NCBI GenBank assembly: GCA_014905635.1
Contig: JABVCE010000009.1
Span: 682,001 to 746,000, forward strand
Direction: 5' to 3'
Source of the DNA: Scenedesmus sp. PABB004
Taxonomy: Eukaryota
DNA length: 64,000 bases
A program made the position numbers and the translations under genes. Of this stretch, positions 10,828-22,270 are shown one piece after another. Position 1 is the first letter of the stretch; the number at the start of each line of letters is the position of its first letter. The notes beneath the pieces were generated by a model that saw only the letters and a program-made list of their open reading frames with translations, did no database searches and had not been told where the DNA came from.

Positions 10828-13800
10828 ATGGCGATGCTGCCGATGGCGAGCGGGGACACGGTGCTGCTGCTGGCGCTCTGGGGCTGCGGAGCGGTGGCCT
10901 CGGGCGTGCTGCTCGGCGCGCTGCTGCGGTCCAGGCTCAGCGGCGCCTGCGTGAGCGCCTTCTACGCCGTCGTGCTGGCCATGATGATGACGTCCGCCGA
11001 GGACAGCGAGGTGCGGCGATGCCGAGAGCGCGCCGGGGCGCCCATCGCGCGCTCCGGGCCAGGCGCCGCGCCCGCGCCGCGCCTGGGCTGCCGCGTGCCC
11101 ATGGCGCACCCTCGCCCCCCCGCGCGCGTCACGGGCGTTCCGGCGCATGGGCGCCCGGCGCCCACGCGGCCCGGCGCGCGGCGGTCGCCGCCGCGGCCGT
11201 TGACGCCGCCTCCGCCGCGCCGCGCAGGCCACGCTCCAGCGCGACGCCGTGCTGGAGGGCGTGCTGGTGCTGCTGGTCGCGGTGATCGTGGTCGAGTTTG
11301 CGCGGACGCAGCTGCGCGAGCACCGGTGCGAGCGGCGCGCGCGCGCGCGGGCCGGCGCCGGCCCGCGTCGAGACGCGCGCGTGCGCACGGGCCGGCCGCC
11401 GCCTGCCGACCCCCGCCCACCCCGCCGGCCCTCCCCCCGCCCCCGCAGGCGCGAGGCCGCGCAGCACGCTGCGGCGGCGCGCGGCTGCGCCGACGGCGGG
11501 CGGCGGCCGGCGTCGTCAAAGCCGCTGCTCACGGCGGCGGCGGACGACACGCAGGATGCCGTCGCGTACACGGCGCGCGACCAGCGCCAGCTGCAGCTGG
11601 CCTGCGCGGCGCCCGAGCGCAGCGCCGCGCCGGCGGCCGGCGCGTGCGAGCCGCTCGGGCTCGACCTCGGCCGCGGCGCCGCGCCGTGCTGGGCGCTGCC
11701 CGGGGCCGCGCCGCCGTGCGCCGGCGCCGACGGCGCCGGCAGCAGCGCGTGGCGCGAGGTGCCGGACGTCGTCTTCTCAGACGTGATGGAGCGCCTGCCC
11801 GCCGCCGACCAGGGGTGCGCGCCGCGGCCGCGAGGGGCGCGCGCCACGCGGCGCAGGCACCGCCATGCCAGCGCGCGCGCCGCCCCCGCGCGCCGCCGCC
11901 GACCGCGCGCGCCGCGCTGGGGGCGTCCCCGCAGGACGATGCGGCTCGTGTGCTCGGCGTGGCTCGGCTGCGCGCGGCGCATGGTCACGCGGCTGCGCCC
12001 GCACCACTTCCCCGTCGCCGAGGTGGTCGCCGGCTTCCCCGGGCTCAAGGCGCTGGACCTCTCAAACTGCACCAAGGTGCGCGCAGTGGCGCACGGGGGG
12101 CGCGGCGCAGCGCGGCGCGGCGCGGCGCGGCGCGCGGGGGGCGCTTGCGCGCCGGGCGCGCCGCCGTGCCGACGCGCCGCCGCCGCCGCCGCCGCGGCGC
12201 CTTGCAGGACATCACGCCCGCGAAGCTGCGCCTGCTGCGCCGCCTGCCGGAGCTGGGCGAGGTGGTGCTGGGCTGCCACCACCGGCTCATTGCCAGCGCG
12301 ATCACCGACACCTGCATCGCGGAGCTCGTCCTGCTCACGCGCCTGCACACGCTCAACCTCAGCCAGTGCGTGCACGTCGGCGACGGAGGTGCGAGCGCGC
12401 GCGCGCTCGCGCGCTCCCCCGCGCGCGCCGCCGCGCTCCGCGGCCGCGCCGCACGCGCGTGCGCGCGCCTGACTGGCGGGCGTCGCGCTTGGGGCTAAGC
12501 AGGCATGATGTCGCTGGTCTACTTGCGGGGCCTGCGCTCGCTGAACATCAGCGGCTGCGTCGCGGTCACGGACATCGGTAGGCCCCATCCCTCCCCCGCT
12601 GCGGCGCCAGCGGGCGCGGCAGCGCGCGGCCGGCGGCTGCGGCGGCGGCGGCGGCGGCGGCGGCGGGCTGCGGCGGCGCCGCTGCTGCCGCGGCCGCCGC
12701 CGGCCGCGCGCCGCCGCGCCCGCTGGCGCCGCGGCCCCTCCCCTCCCGCTGCCCCGTCCCTCCTCAGCGACGCCGTTCCGCCACGCCGCGCCGCGCCGCC
12801 CACGCGCGCCGCCCCGCGCCCCCCGCGCCGCGCCCGCGCCGCGCGCCGCGCCCGCAGGCATCATGATGGTCGCGCAGCTGACCAACCTGACCAGCCTGGA
12901 CATGCCCTGGTGCGTCAAGGTGACCAACATCGGCCTCAAGGCCCTCACGCCGCTCACGCGCCTCGCGAGCCTCAACATCAGCGGCTGCCAGCTCATCAGC
13001 GAGGCGGGCATGGCCGTCCTCTCCACCTTCACGTCCCTCGAGCGCCTCAGCCTGCTCAACCTGGGCTACAGCAAGGTCTGCGTGACCGACGCGTCGCTCG
13101 GCCGGCTCTCGGGCCTGACCAAGCTGCGCAGCCTCAACATCGGGAGCATGCAGCTTGCCAACAAGCTCGTGACCGACGAGAGCATGGCCCTCATCGCCGG
13201 CCGCTTCACGGGGCTCACGCAGCTCGGGCTCATGTCCCTCGCCATCACCGACACCGGCGTCGCGCACCTCACGCGCCTCGGCGCGCTGCAGGTGCAGCGC
13301 GCTGCGGCGCCCGCGCGCGGCGCTGCGGCGCCGCGCCGGCAGCCTGCAGCCCGCTGCCGCCCCGCTCCCCGCCGCGCCCCGCCGCGCCGCGCGCCACGCC
13401 CCGCCCGCCGCCCGCCGCCCGCCACGTCCGCCGCCGCAGGCGCTCAACCTGCGCGGCTGCGCCAAGGTGTCGAGCGCGTGCCTGAGGCACCTGAGCACGC
13501 TGCGCGGCATCACCGACCTCTGCCTGCTGCACAACAGCCGGCTCGAGGTCGACGACGCGTGCCTGTCGAGCCTCGCGCAGCTGCCAAACCTCCAGATCCT
13601 GGGCCTCGGCAACTTCCAGGTGGGGGGGGGGGGGGGGGGGCTGAACGAACAGGGCCGCGCGCGTGGCCCCGCGCCGCGGCCGCGTGCCGCGCGCCCGCCG
13701 GCCGCTCGCCGCCGGCCCACGCCGACGCGCGCGCCCCGCCCGGCGCCCGCCGCGCCCGCGCCGCGCCGCGCAGGTCAACGCCAACGCGAGCGAGACGTGC

Positions 13801-15092
13801 CTCGTCCCGCTCGCGCGCAGCCGGCAGCTGCTCGTGCTGAGCGTCGCGTTCTTCACGGGGCGCTTCGGCGCCGAGACGTGCGAGATGCTCGGGGGCATGA
13901 CCTCGCTGCAGCACCTCGACCTCCAGGGCAGCCAGCACGCCGACGCGGGCCTGCTCGCCGCGGCCGGGCGCCTGACGGCGCTGCAGAGCCTGCACCTCAG
14001 CCGCTGCGTGCAGGTCGACGACGCGGCGCTCGGCCACATCACCGGCCTCACCCAGCTGCACACGCTCAACATCTCGATCTGCCCCAAGGCGCGCCGCTGC
14101 GCGGGGCGGCAGCCGCCGCCGCAGCAGCAGCAGCAGCAGCAGCAGCAGGCGGCTCCCGCGTGGCCGCGTCCGCCGCCCGCCGCCGCCCACGTGCGCGCGC
14201 GCTGCGCCCCGCCGCGCCGCGCCGCGCCGCGCCGCAGGTCACGGACGCGGGGCTGGCGTCGGTCATGCGGCTGCGCAACCTCACGCACCTCCTCGCGCAG
14301 CAGTGCCGCGACGTCACCGACGCCGGCGTCGCGCTGCTGGGGCGGCTGACCAAGCTGCAGGTGCTGGACCTCTCGCTCTGCGAGCGCGTCACGGGGAGCG
14401 GGTTCGCCGCGTTTGGCGGCTGCCGCCACATGGCCACGCTGAGCCTCAACGGCTGCGCCTCGCTCAACGACGGCGGCCTGCGCGCGATCGGGCGCATGGC
14501 CAGCCTCTCCAAGCTCGACCTCTCCAACTGCCAGCTCATTACCGACGCCGGCGTCAGCTACCTGCGCGGCCTCATCGAGCTCACGGGTGCGCGGCGTGCG
14601 CGTGTGCGGGAGCGCTGCGCGCCGCATCGCAACGCCGCCGTTCCACCGCTGACGGCCCGCCCGCGCCCCACCGCCGCCTCGCCGCCGCCGCCGCCGGCAG
14701 GCCTCGACCTCGCGCTGTGCGTGCGCGTCGGCGACGCCGCGCTCGCGGCGGTCGCGTCGTCGATGCACCAGCTGGCGACGATCAAGGTCAACGGCTGCGT
14801 GCGCGTGACCGACGCGGGCGTGGCCGAGGTGTGCCGCATCGCGAGCCTGCTCACGCTGCACCTGGACCGCTGCGTGCACGTCACCGACGCGGGGCTGCGC
14901 TGCCTCACGCGGCTCACGGGCCTCACGAGCCTCCGCATCAGCCGCTGCCCCAACATCACCGACGCGGGCGTCTCGGCGCTGAGCCGGCTCTCGCGGCTCA
15001 GCACGCTCAGCCTCGCGCAGTGCCCGCGCGTAACCGACGCCGGGCTGCTGGCGCTCGCGCCTCTCACCACGCTGGCGAGCCTCGAGTTTTGA
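10828..15092 (+). CDS. F-box/LRR (FBXL14/AMN1-like) protein with N-terminal hydrophobic helices
   Basis: F-box-like WREVPDVVFSDVMERLP...MRLVCSAW followed by many cysteine-containing LRRs (LxxLxLsxCxxVTDaGL); exons from ATG 10828 splice in frame. Confidence 0.8.
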
Positions 15093-15867
15093 GCCCGGGC
15101 CGGGAGGGGGGGGGGGGCAGAGCCGGCGGACACCGGCGCGGCCGCCGCGGCGCGGCGCCCCGGCGGCCGCAGCGGCAGCGGCGGCGACGGGCTCGGGCGC
15201 TTAGGGGCGCCGCTGTTTCACGTAGGTCAGCACTCGCCATGCCACATAGCTGCACTGTCGTGTCTTCCGTCGCCGCCATTCTCAGCGCTTGCTGCCTGGA
15301 GCAGGCCCGCCCTCACTGCATTCAGTGCACTGGACAGGGGGAGAGGTGGAGCACGAATTGGTCAAGATCCTGGTTGCAGCGCGAGAGCCCGACGCTTGGC
15401 CGGGGCGGCCCCGCGCGGCGGGCTGGTTGTGAGAGGGAGCGAGCCGGGGCGTGGACTTGGCGGCCCCGCCGCCCCTCCTGCGAGCACCGCCTGCGCGGCG
15501 TGTGCCTGCTCCCAACTTGATTGCACTGCAACACACCCACAGGCGCGGCGCGGCGCGCCGGCCGTCACGTGGCCGGGGCGCCGCGCCGCGGCTGGCCCCA
15601 GCGCGGCGGCGCCGCGGGGTTTTCCAAGCTTTCGACGTGTCGGTTGTGTGCGCGGTCTGCATCGCGGCCTCGCCAGCTTGCCACTGTGTGTGTCCCACCG
15701 TGTCGGTGCGCCCGTCCCTCCTCGGCCCGAGGCGCGCCAGCGCCCGCGGCCCGCGCACGTGCTGCATCTGTCGGCGCGCCGAGCGCGCCCGCCGCCTGGC
15801 CTCACGCTTCAACGCCACCACCACGCTTGCCTGGCCTGCTCGGACCCGGTCCGCGCGAAGCAACAGC

Positions 15868-15872
15868 TTACA
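15868..15872 (-). promoter_or_regulatory. TGTAA polyadenylation signal of CHMP1
   Basis: TGTAA on the minus strand ~80 nt after the stop. Confidence 0.55.
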
Positions 15873-15952
15873 TCCTGCGCCCCCCCGCCTCCAGCTGCCC
15901 CGCCGGCCCAGTCGCTCGCCCCGCCGCTGCTCCGGGGCGCGCAGCCGCGGCA

Positions 15953-16881
15953 TCAGCGGCCCTTGAGCTCGGCCAGCCTGCTGCTGAGGTCCGCCTCGGG
16001 CGCCGCCGCCGCGCCCGCCGCGACGCTGGTCGACGCGCCCGGCAGCCCGATCTGCAGCTCCAGCCCGTGCTCGTCCGCGACCTGATGCGATGCCGCGGCG
16101 GGGGCGGCGGCGGCGGCGGCGGGCCGCGGTCGCCGGGCGCCGCGCCAAGCGCGCGCCGCCGGCGCCGGCGCCCCACGCAGCAGCGGCGCGCCGCGCAGCA
16201 GCAGGCGTCCGCCGCGGCGCCCGCCGCCGCCGCCGCACCTGCTGCATGAGCGCGCCGACCTCGTCCTCCGGCGTCGACAGCGCCGCCTGCTGGCTCATCA
16301 CGCCGTCCACGACCTGCGTCTGCAGGTCCAGGTTTTCAAACTGCTTCTCAAACTGCTGCATCGTGCCCGCGATCTGCGCGCGCGCAGCGGCAGCGGTGCG
16401 CGCGGCGGCGGCGCGCGCCGCGCCGTGAGCGCGCCTGCCCGCCGTTCGCGCGCGCGGCTGCCGCTGCCGCTTGCTGCTGCGGCGCCGGCGGCCGTGCCGC
16501 GCGGCGCGCCGCGCTGCAGCAGCACGCGCGCGCCGCGCCGCGCCGCGCCTTCTCCAGGTTGTTGGCGGCGAGCGCCTTCTCCAGGTTCTTGGTGATGGCG
16601 GCCATGTTTTTGTTGACCATCTGCATCTTGGCCTGCGTGTCGAGGCGGCTCACGACCGCGTCGAGGCGGCTAGCGAGCTTGAGGTAGTTGAGCTGCTCGT
16701 GCTTCTTGCGGATCGCGTTCTGCGCGTAGATCTTGGCGCCCTCCACGTTGCCCTTCTCGATGGCCTTCTTCACCTTGAGGCGCTCCGCCTTCTCGTCCTT
16801 CTCGCACTTGACGGCGCTGCGGTTGAGTTGCTTGGCCATGAAGCGGAGGTTGAACACCTGCTCCAGCAGCTTGTCCCCCAT
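15953..16881 (-). CDS. CHMP1: ESCRT-III associated protein CHMP1/VPS46/Did2
   Basis: [60 protein letters not shown]...[11 protein letters not shown]...[22 protein letters not shown]...[12 protein letters not shown] (MIM1 motif). Confidence 0.95.
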
Positions 16882-17214
16882 CGCTGCCGGCCCGCGCTGG
16901 CGGCCCCGAGGTCCAAGAGGCGAGGCTGACCGTCCCAGCAAGCGAGCGCGGCGCGGCGGACAGCGAGTCGGCCGGGGGCGGGGTTGAAGCTGCTGCTGCT
17001 GCTCTCGGGAGTCGGGGGAAGCAGCGCCGCGTGGACGCGTTGGGCGCGCGCGGGGGCGTCGACGGGACGGTGTGAGGGCGTGGGCGGGCAACGGGGCGGC
17101 TCCTGGCCACCGTGCAGGAAGCGAGCGGGCGGGCACCGTCGCGACGCCGCCGGCGCTTCGTCACACACCGCGCTCGCGCTGCAGGCTTCGGCACGGACCG
17201 GGCGCCACACGAGT

Positions 17215-18080
17215 TTACCTCCCGCTCTCAGCGGGGCCCGCAGCGGTGGTGGCGTTGCCGCCGCTCGCGCCAGCGGTGGCGTTGCTGGCGCCGGCACCTG
17301 TGGGCGCCACTGCCGACGCCTCCCCCGCCGCCGCCGCCCCCGCCGCCACTCCCGCCGCCACTGCCGGCTGCGGCGAGGGTGCCGCCGCCGCGCCAGCCGC
17401 GCTGCCGCCCTCCGCTCCTGGCGCGGCGGCCGAGGGTGCTTTCGCCGCCGCGCCGCCGACAGCGGCCTGCTCCGCTGCGGGCTGCTCGCCTGCAGCCTGC
17501 TCCGCTGCGGGCTGCTCGCCTGCAGCCTGCTCCGCTGCGGGCTGCTCCGCTGCAGCCTGCCCTGCTGCGGGCTGCTCCGCTGCAGCCTGCCCTGCTGCAG
17601 AGTGCTCCGCCTGCTCCGCCTGCTCCGCCCGCTCCGCCTGCTCCGCCTGCTTTTCCGCGGCCTGCTCCGCCGGCGGGCGCGGCTCCGGCGCGGGCGGCGC
17701 GCCGCCGGGCGCCGCCTTGCGCACTTGATAGCCCGGCCTGCGTGCGCGCGCACACACGCGGCGGTGACGGCGGCGGCGCGGCCGTGCACGGCGAGCATGG
17801 CGGCGAGCGAGCGACGCACGGCGCCGCCCCACCGCGGCGCCGCCCTGCCCGCGCACCGCTCGGCGGCGAGGCCGCCGCCCGTGCCGGTCGCCCAGATCGC
17901 CAGGACCAGCACGAGGGCGACCAGGACCAGCACGCCAGAGTAGAGCAGACGGTTGTGGCGGCTGCGGACGCCCAGGCGCGACAGCAGGTCCGCGCGCCCG
18001 GCGGGCGCGAGGCCCATGTCCAGCGCCAGCTCCCGCAGGTGCTTGCCCGTCCCCAGCGGCGCGCTGTGCGCGGTGCGCAT
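17215..18080 (-). CDS. Hypothetical single-pass membrane protein with Ala/Glu/Gln/Pro repeat tail
   Basis: MRTAHSAPLG...RLLYSGVLVLVALVLVLAIWATG (TM helix), GT-AG intron ~17856-17737, then AEQA/AAEQPAAGQA repeats; 3' end uncertain. Confidence 0.55.
17462..17600. repeat. Coding 30-bp tandem repeat (AxEQPAAxQA units)
   Basis: GCAGCCTGCTCCGCTGCGGGCTGCTCGCCT-like unit repeated 4-5 times. Confidence 0.85.
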
Positions 18081-18579
18081 CGCGGCGGGTGGCGAGCAGC
18101 GGCGCGCTGCTGCTGCTGCCGCGCCGACGCCGGCGGTGCTGCAGGCGGAGCGATGAGTTCGAGGGCGGAACGCGGAGCTCCTGGGCCGCGTGCAGCGCGG
18201 CGGGCTGGCACGCGGCGACCGCCGGAAGCAGCGGCGAGAGCAGCGCGCAGGCGTGCGGAGCGCCGCCAGCCCTGGCCTTGTGCACGGGCGGTGTGCGTGG
18301 CGCAATGCGCGCGCAGGCGGCAGCGAAGGTTACTTTGAGAAGCAGGCGGCAGGCGGCGGTTCACGGAAAGCGAAGCGCGGCCGCTCGGCGCCGAGCGCAT
18401 CGGAGGCCTGGGCGTCCGCGCCCCAGTGAGCGGCAGCCTGGCGCCCGAGCTCCGGGCAAACGCGCAAAGCGAGCACGCGACCCCGCGTTCGACGCCGGCG
18501 CTGCCGCCGCCGCACCTGCCGCCGGCGCCAACCTCGCTGCCGCCCGAGCGCGTGCGTGCGTGCCTCGACGGCACCCACG

Positions 18580-21130
18580 ATGCGCCTGCTGCTGGCCTGC
18601 GCCGGCGGCGGGGACCGCACGCGCGGCGCCGCCGCCGCCGGCGGCGCCAAGGACCCCGCGCGCGCGCCGGGCGCGCCGGGCTGCGCGCTGGCCGCGCCGC
18701 GTCGGCGCAGCCCCAACGGCGCGCCCGTGCCCGGCGCGGCCAGCCCCGGCGAGCTGCTGCCGCACCTGCGCGCGCACGGGCGCGGCATCCTGGCGGCGTC
18801 GACGCTGCAGCCGGGGCTGAGCCACTTTGTGGTGCCTGGCGTGGGGTACATCGCGTACGCGCTCATGTTCAACGGCCCCGAGCTGCTGCGCATCCTCACG
18901 CCCGTCGCGCTGGGCGACCCCGTGTGCGCGCGCGAGCACGTGGGCGACCTGGCGGCGGCCTTCCTGCGCCAGCACCCCAAGGCCATCTTCCTGCAGGCGC
19001 GCGCCGGGAAGGGGCCTGGCCAGGGTGGCCGCGAGCTGCCGCGGCAGGCCGCGCCGCCGCTCACGCACTGCCGCCGCCGCAACGATCACCAGATCAGCGC
19101 CGAGTTTGCCGAGGTGCTGCAGGCCCAGGGTCTGCTCATCAACTCGGTGGGCGGCGAGACGCGGCTCGACCTGGCCACCTACACCTTTGCAGGTGAGGCC
19201 GGCAGCGCTGCAGCTGACGCACGCGCCACGGCGCGCCGCGGGCCGCCGTCCCCCGTCGCCCGCCCGACCGCCGCCCGGCGCCTGCCCGCGCGCGCGCCCG
19301 GCGCAGGCCACGCCAAGCGCGGGCTGCGCAGCGCCATTGCCTCGGCCGCCAAGAGCGGCATCACCGTGCACGAGGTGCTGCGCGCCGACGACGAGAGCGG
19401 CGACGACTGGCGCGGCCTGGCGGCGGAGATGGCCGGCGTGGACAGCGCCTGGGTCGCTCGCAAGGGCAGGCACGCGGGTGAGCCGCCGCGCCGCGCTGGC
19501 AGCGCGGCGCGCCTAGGCCATGGCCAGCACGCCCGCTGGCCGCCGCAGCAGCCAGCGCTGACCCGCGTGCGCCCGTGTGCCTGCCCGCCCCGGGTCGCCA
19601 GGCCGCGTGTGGTTCATCAACCGCCTGCCCGTGTTTGCGCCCGAGCCGGGCGTGCGCAAGCTGGTCGCGCGCGACGCGGGCGGGCGGCTGCTCGGCTTCA
19701 TCTTCTTTGACGCCGTGTGGGAGGGCGGCGCCGTGGCGGGCTGGTACGCCAACGTCACACGCATGGCGCCCCACGCGCACCCGGGCGTGCTCAACCTCAT
19801 CGTCAAGCACTTCATCGACACGTGCGCGCCGCCGCCGCCCAGCGCCGCCGCCCAGCACGCGCGCCGGCCGCCGCCGCCGCCCTGTTGCGGAGGTCGGACG
19901 CCCGCGCCGCCGCCCACGCTGCCCCGCGCCACGCCGCAGCGAGCGCGCCGAGGCGCACCTGGCGGCGCCCGCCAAGAAGCTGAGCGTGCGGCGCTCGACG
20001 CGGCGCAAGGCCGCGGCGGCGGCCGCCGCCGCGGCGGCCGCCGCCGCGGCGGCCGCGGGCGACGACTGCGGCGGCAGCGACGCGTGCGCCGCGGGCGGCC
20101 GCGACCAGGCGGCGCCGGGCGGCACGGAGGCGGCCGCGCCGCGCGGCGCCGCGGGGCCGCGCTTCCTCTCGCTCGGGCTGTCGCCCTTCCACCAGATGGA
20201 CGACTGCGGCTTTGCCTCGAGCGGCGCGGTGCGCCCCGCCGCCGGCCTGCCCCCCCCCCCCCCCCCCCCCCGCGCGCCCACCACCCACGCGCGCCTGCTG
20301 CCGCCGCCGCCGCGCGTGCACGTGCGCAGGTGCGGCGCGTCTTTGCGTTTGCGCACCGCCAGGGCGCCATGTACTACCCGTTCCAGCCCCTCGCCGCCGC
20401 CAAGGCCAAGTACGGCGGCGGCCTGCACGGCGGCAAGCACGGCGACCCCGCCGTGGCGTACGTGCAGGTGTGGCGCGGCGCGGCGCGGCGCGGCGGGGCG
20501 GGCTGCGGCGCGGCGCCGGCCGCGCGCGGGCTCACTGCGGTCACCGCGCGCGCGAGGCGCCGCGTGCAGGCGTTTGTGGCGCACCGCATGCCCGCGCCGC
20601 TCGCGTGTGGCACCATGTTTGACCTCGGACGCCTCGTCGGCTTTTTCCGCGACCCGTCCAGCGCGGCAGCCACGTTTGTCGCACACCGGCTGCGCCTCGC
20701 GGCGCGCTGGCTCGCGAGCCGCGGCTCCGGCGACGGCTGCGGCGGCGCGGGCGGGCCGGGGCTGCGCGGCGGCGCGGGCGCGCCGCCGGGCTGCTGCCTG
20801 CGCGGCGGCCGCCGCGGCTGCGGCGCTGGCGCCCGCGCCGTCGCCGAGCTGGAGCTGCCCGCGCCCGCGCCCGCGCCTGCGCCGCGGAGCCCCGCCAAGG
20901 CCAAGCTGGCGCTGGCGCGGCCCGTGGTGCCGCCCTCGGCCCGGCAGCTCGCGCAGGCGTTCAGCCGCCGCACCAGCGTCGGCTTTGGCAGCGTGAGCAG
21001 CCTGAGCAGCGCCGGCGGCAGCGGCGCGCTGCGCAGCGAGGGCAGCCTGATCGGCACGGCGCCGCGCCCCCCGAGCGTGAGCGAGCTGGGCAGCAGCTGG
21101 AGCGCCGGCAGCAGCGTGGCGGCGGAGTGA
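18580..21130 (+). CDS. Stand-alone DUF2156 / MprF C-terminal (aminoacyl-tRNA-dependent transferase) domain protein, paralog A
   Basis: GYIAY...ALGDPVC, GGETRLDLATYTFAG|HAKRGLRSAI, VDSAWVARKG, LLGFIFFD, ANVTRMAPHAHPGVLNLIV, FLSLGLSPF, YPFQPLAAAKAKY correspond in order to MprF-family LGDPVG, GEEA.VDL..F...G...LR, W...K, .D(L)MR....P.G, F.LG.APL, Y.FQGL..FK.K motifs. Confidence 0.8.
18739..20204 (+). repeat. Left arm of ~1.46-kb near-identical inverted repeat (partner 23141-24600)
   Basis: Reverse complement of 23141-24600 including introns, with few differences (e.g. ETRLD vs ETQLD, small intron indels). Confidence 0.95.
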
Positions 21131-22270
21131 GTGAGGGCGCGGAGTGCTGGCGCTGGGCGCTGGGCACGCCGCGGTGGTGAGCCAGCGGCCGTTGTTGCTG
21201 GCGCGCGGCGCGGCGCTCGAGCCTGAGCTCGGGCCTGAGCTGGAGCCTAAGCTCGGACCGCACGGAGGCCGGTTGCAATTGCAAGTGAGCGCGCGCGTGA
21301 GTTGAAACCGCCGGGCGCCTGTCAACGGTGCGGCCTGTCAAACCGTCAAACGCTCCTGCCGCTCCGGCCAGCATGCGCCGCCCGCCGTCCGTCGTCCGGC
21401 CGCGCAGCCCGCCGCCGCACCGCAGAGTTCCGAGCGCGCCGCTGCCTGCCGCTGGGCACAGCCGCAGCTCTCGTGCGTTTCATTCATCATCGGCGCACAA
21501 GCGCCGCCTGCCATGCGCCGCCCGCCGAGGGGCGGCCGGGTGCACGGCACAGCTCACACAGCACAGCAGAGAGCGTGTCGCCGTGTGCCGGCGCGCGCGT
21601 AAACGGGGCCCGCCGCCGCGTCCGCGTCCGCGGGCAGGCTGGAGGGGGCGCGTCGTCGCGACGGCCGTCGCAGCCGTGCGGTTGGGTTGGGAAGGGATTG
21701 GCTCGCCCAAAGAAAAGAAAGGTGGGGCCCGTGGCTTTGTGTTCCTGACCACGCACCACGCACGCGCCACGAGCTAGGCCTGCCTACCCCGCGGCGCCGG
21801 CGCGAGCCGCCTGTGCGGCGGCGCGGCGCGGCGCGCGACACAGGCGCGGTGCGTGCCGCCAGCCGTGCGGCGGGCCGGCGGCCGGGCACGCGCGGCAACG
21901 GCAGCAGCTACGCGCAGCTCGCCCGCACCCGCGTCGCATATGACTACTACTGCTCTCCAGGACAATCGGCTAGTATTGGGTTGCGCGGTCAGCGAAAAGA
22001 GACAGAGACAGATGCGTTGGCGCCCCCGGGCTCTGCAGGAAAGCCAAAGCCAAAGCCAATGCCAGGCAAGGGAAGGCGCTCGCTCGGGGCCGGGCTGCGG
22101 CCGCTCCCACGCGCCGCGCCGGCGATGGCCAGGCCTGCTGGCCTGGCCTGCGGCCGGCAGGCGCACACGACACGACAGCACACACACACATAACTCACGC
22201 GCGACGCACACGCACGACAAAGGGGCGCGGCCGGGCGCCGCCGCCCCGGCGCCGCACAGCGGCCGCGGGC

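Noticed and set aside
21250..22200. Lower-GC spacer between the DUF2156 genes as a hidden gene or H/ACA RNA
   Set aside because: Only a weak wobble stem (~21911/21978) and no convincing boxes or coding signal; compatible with 3'UTRs
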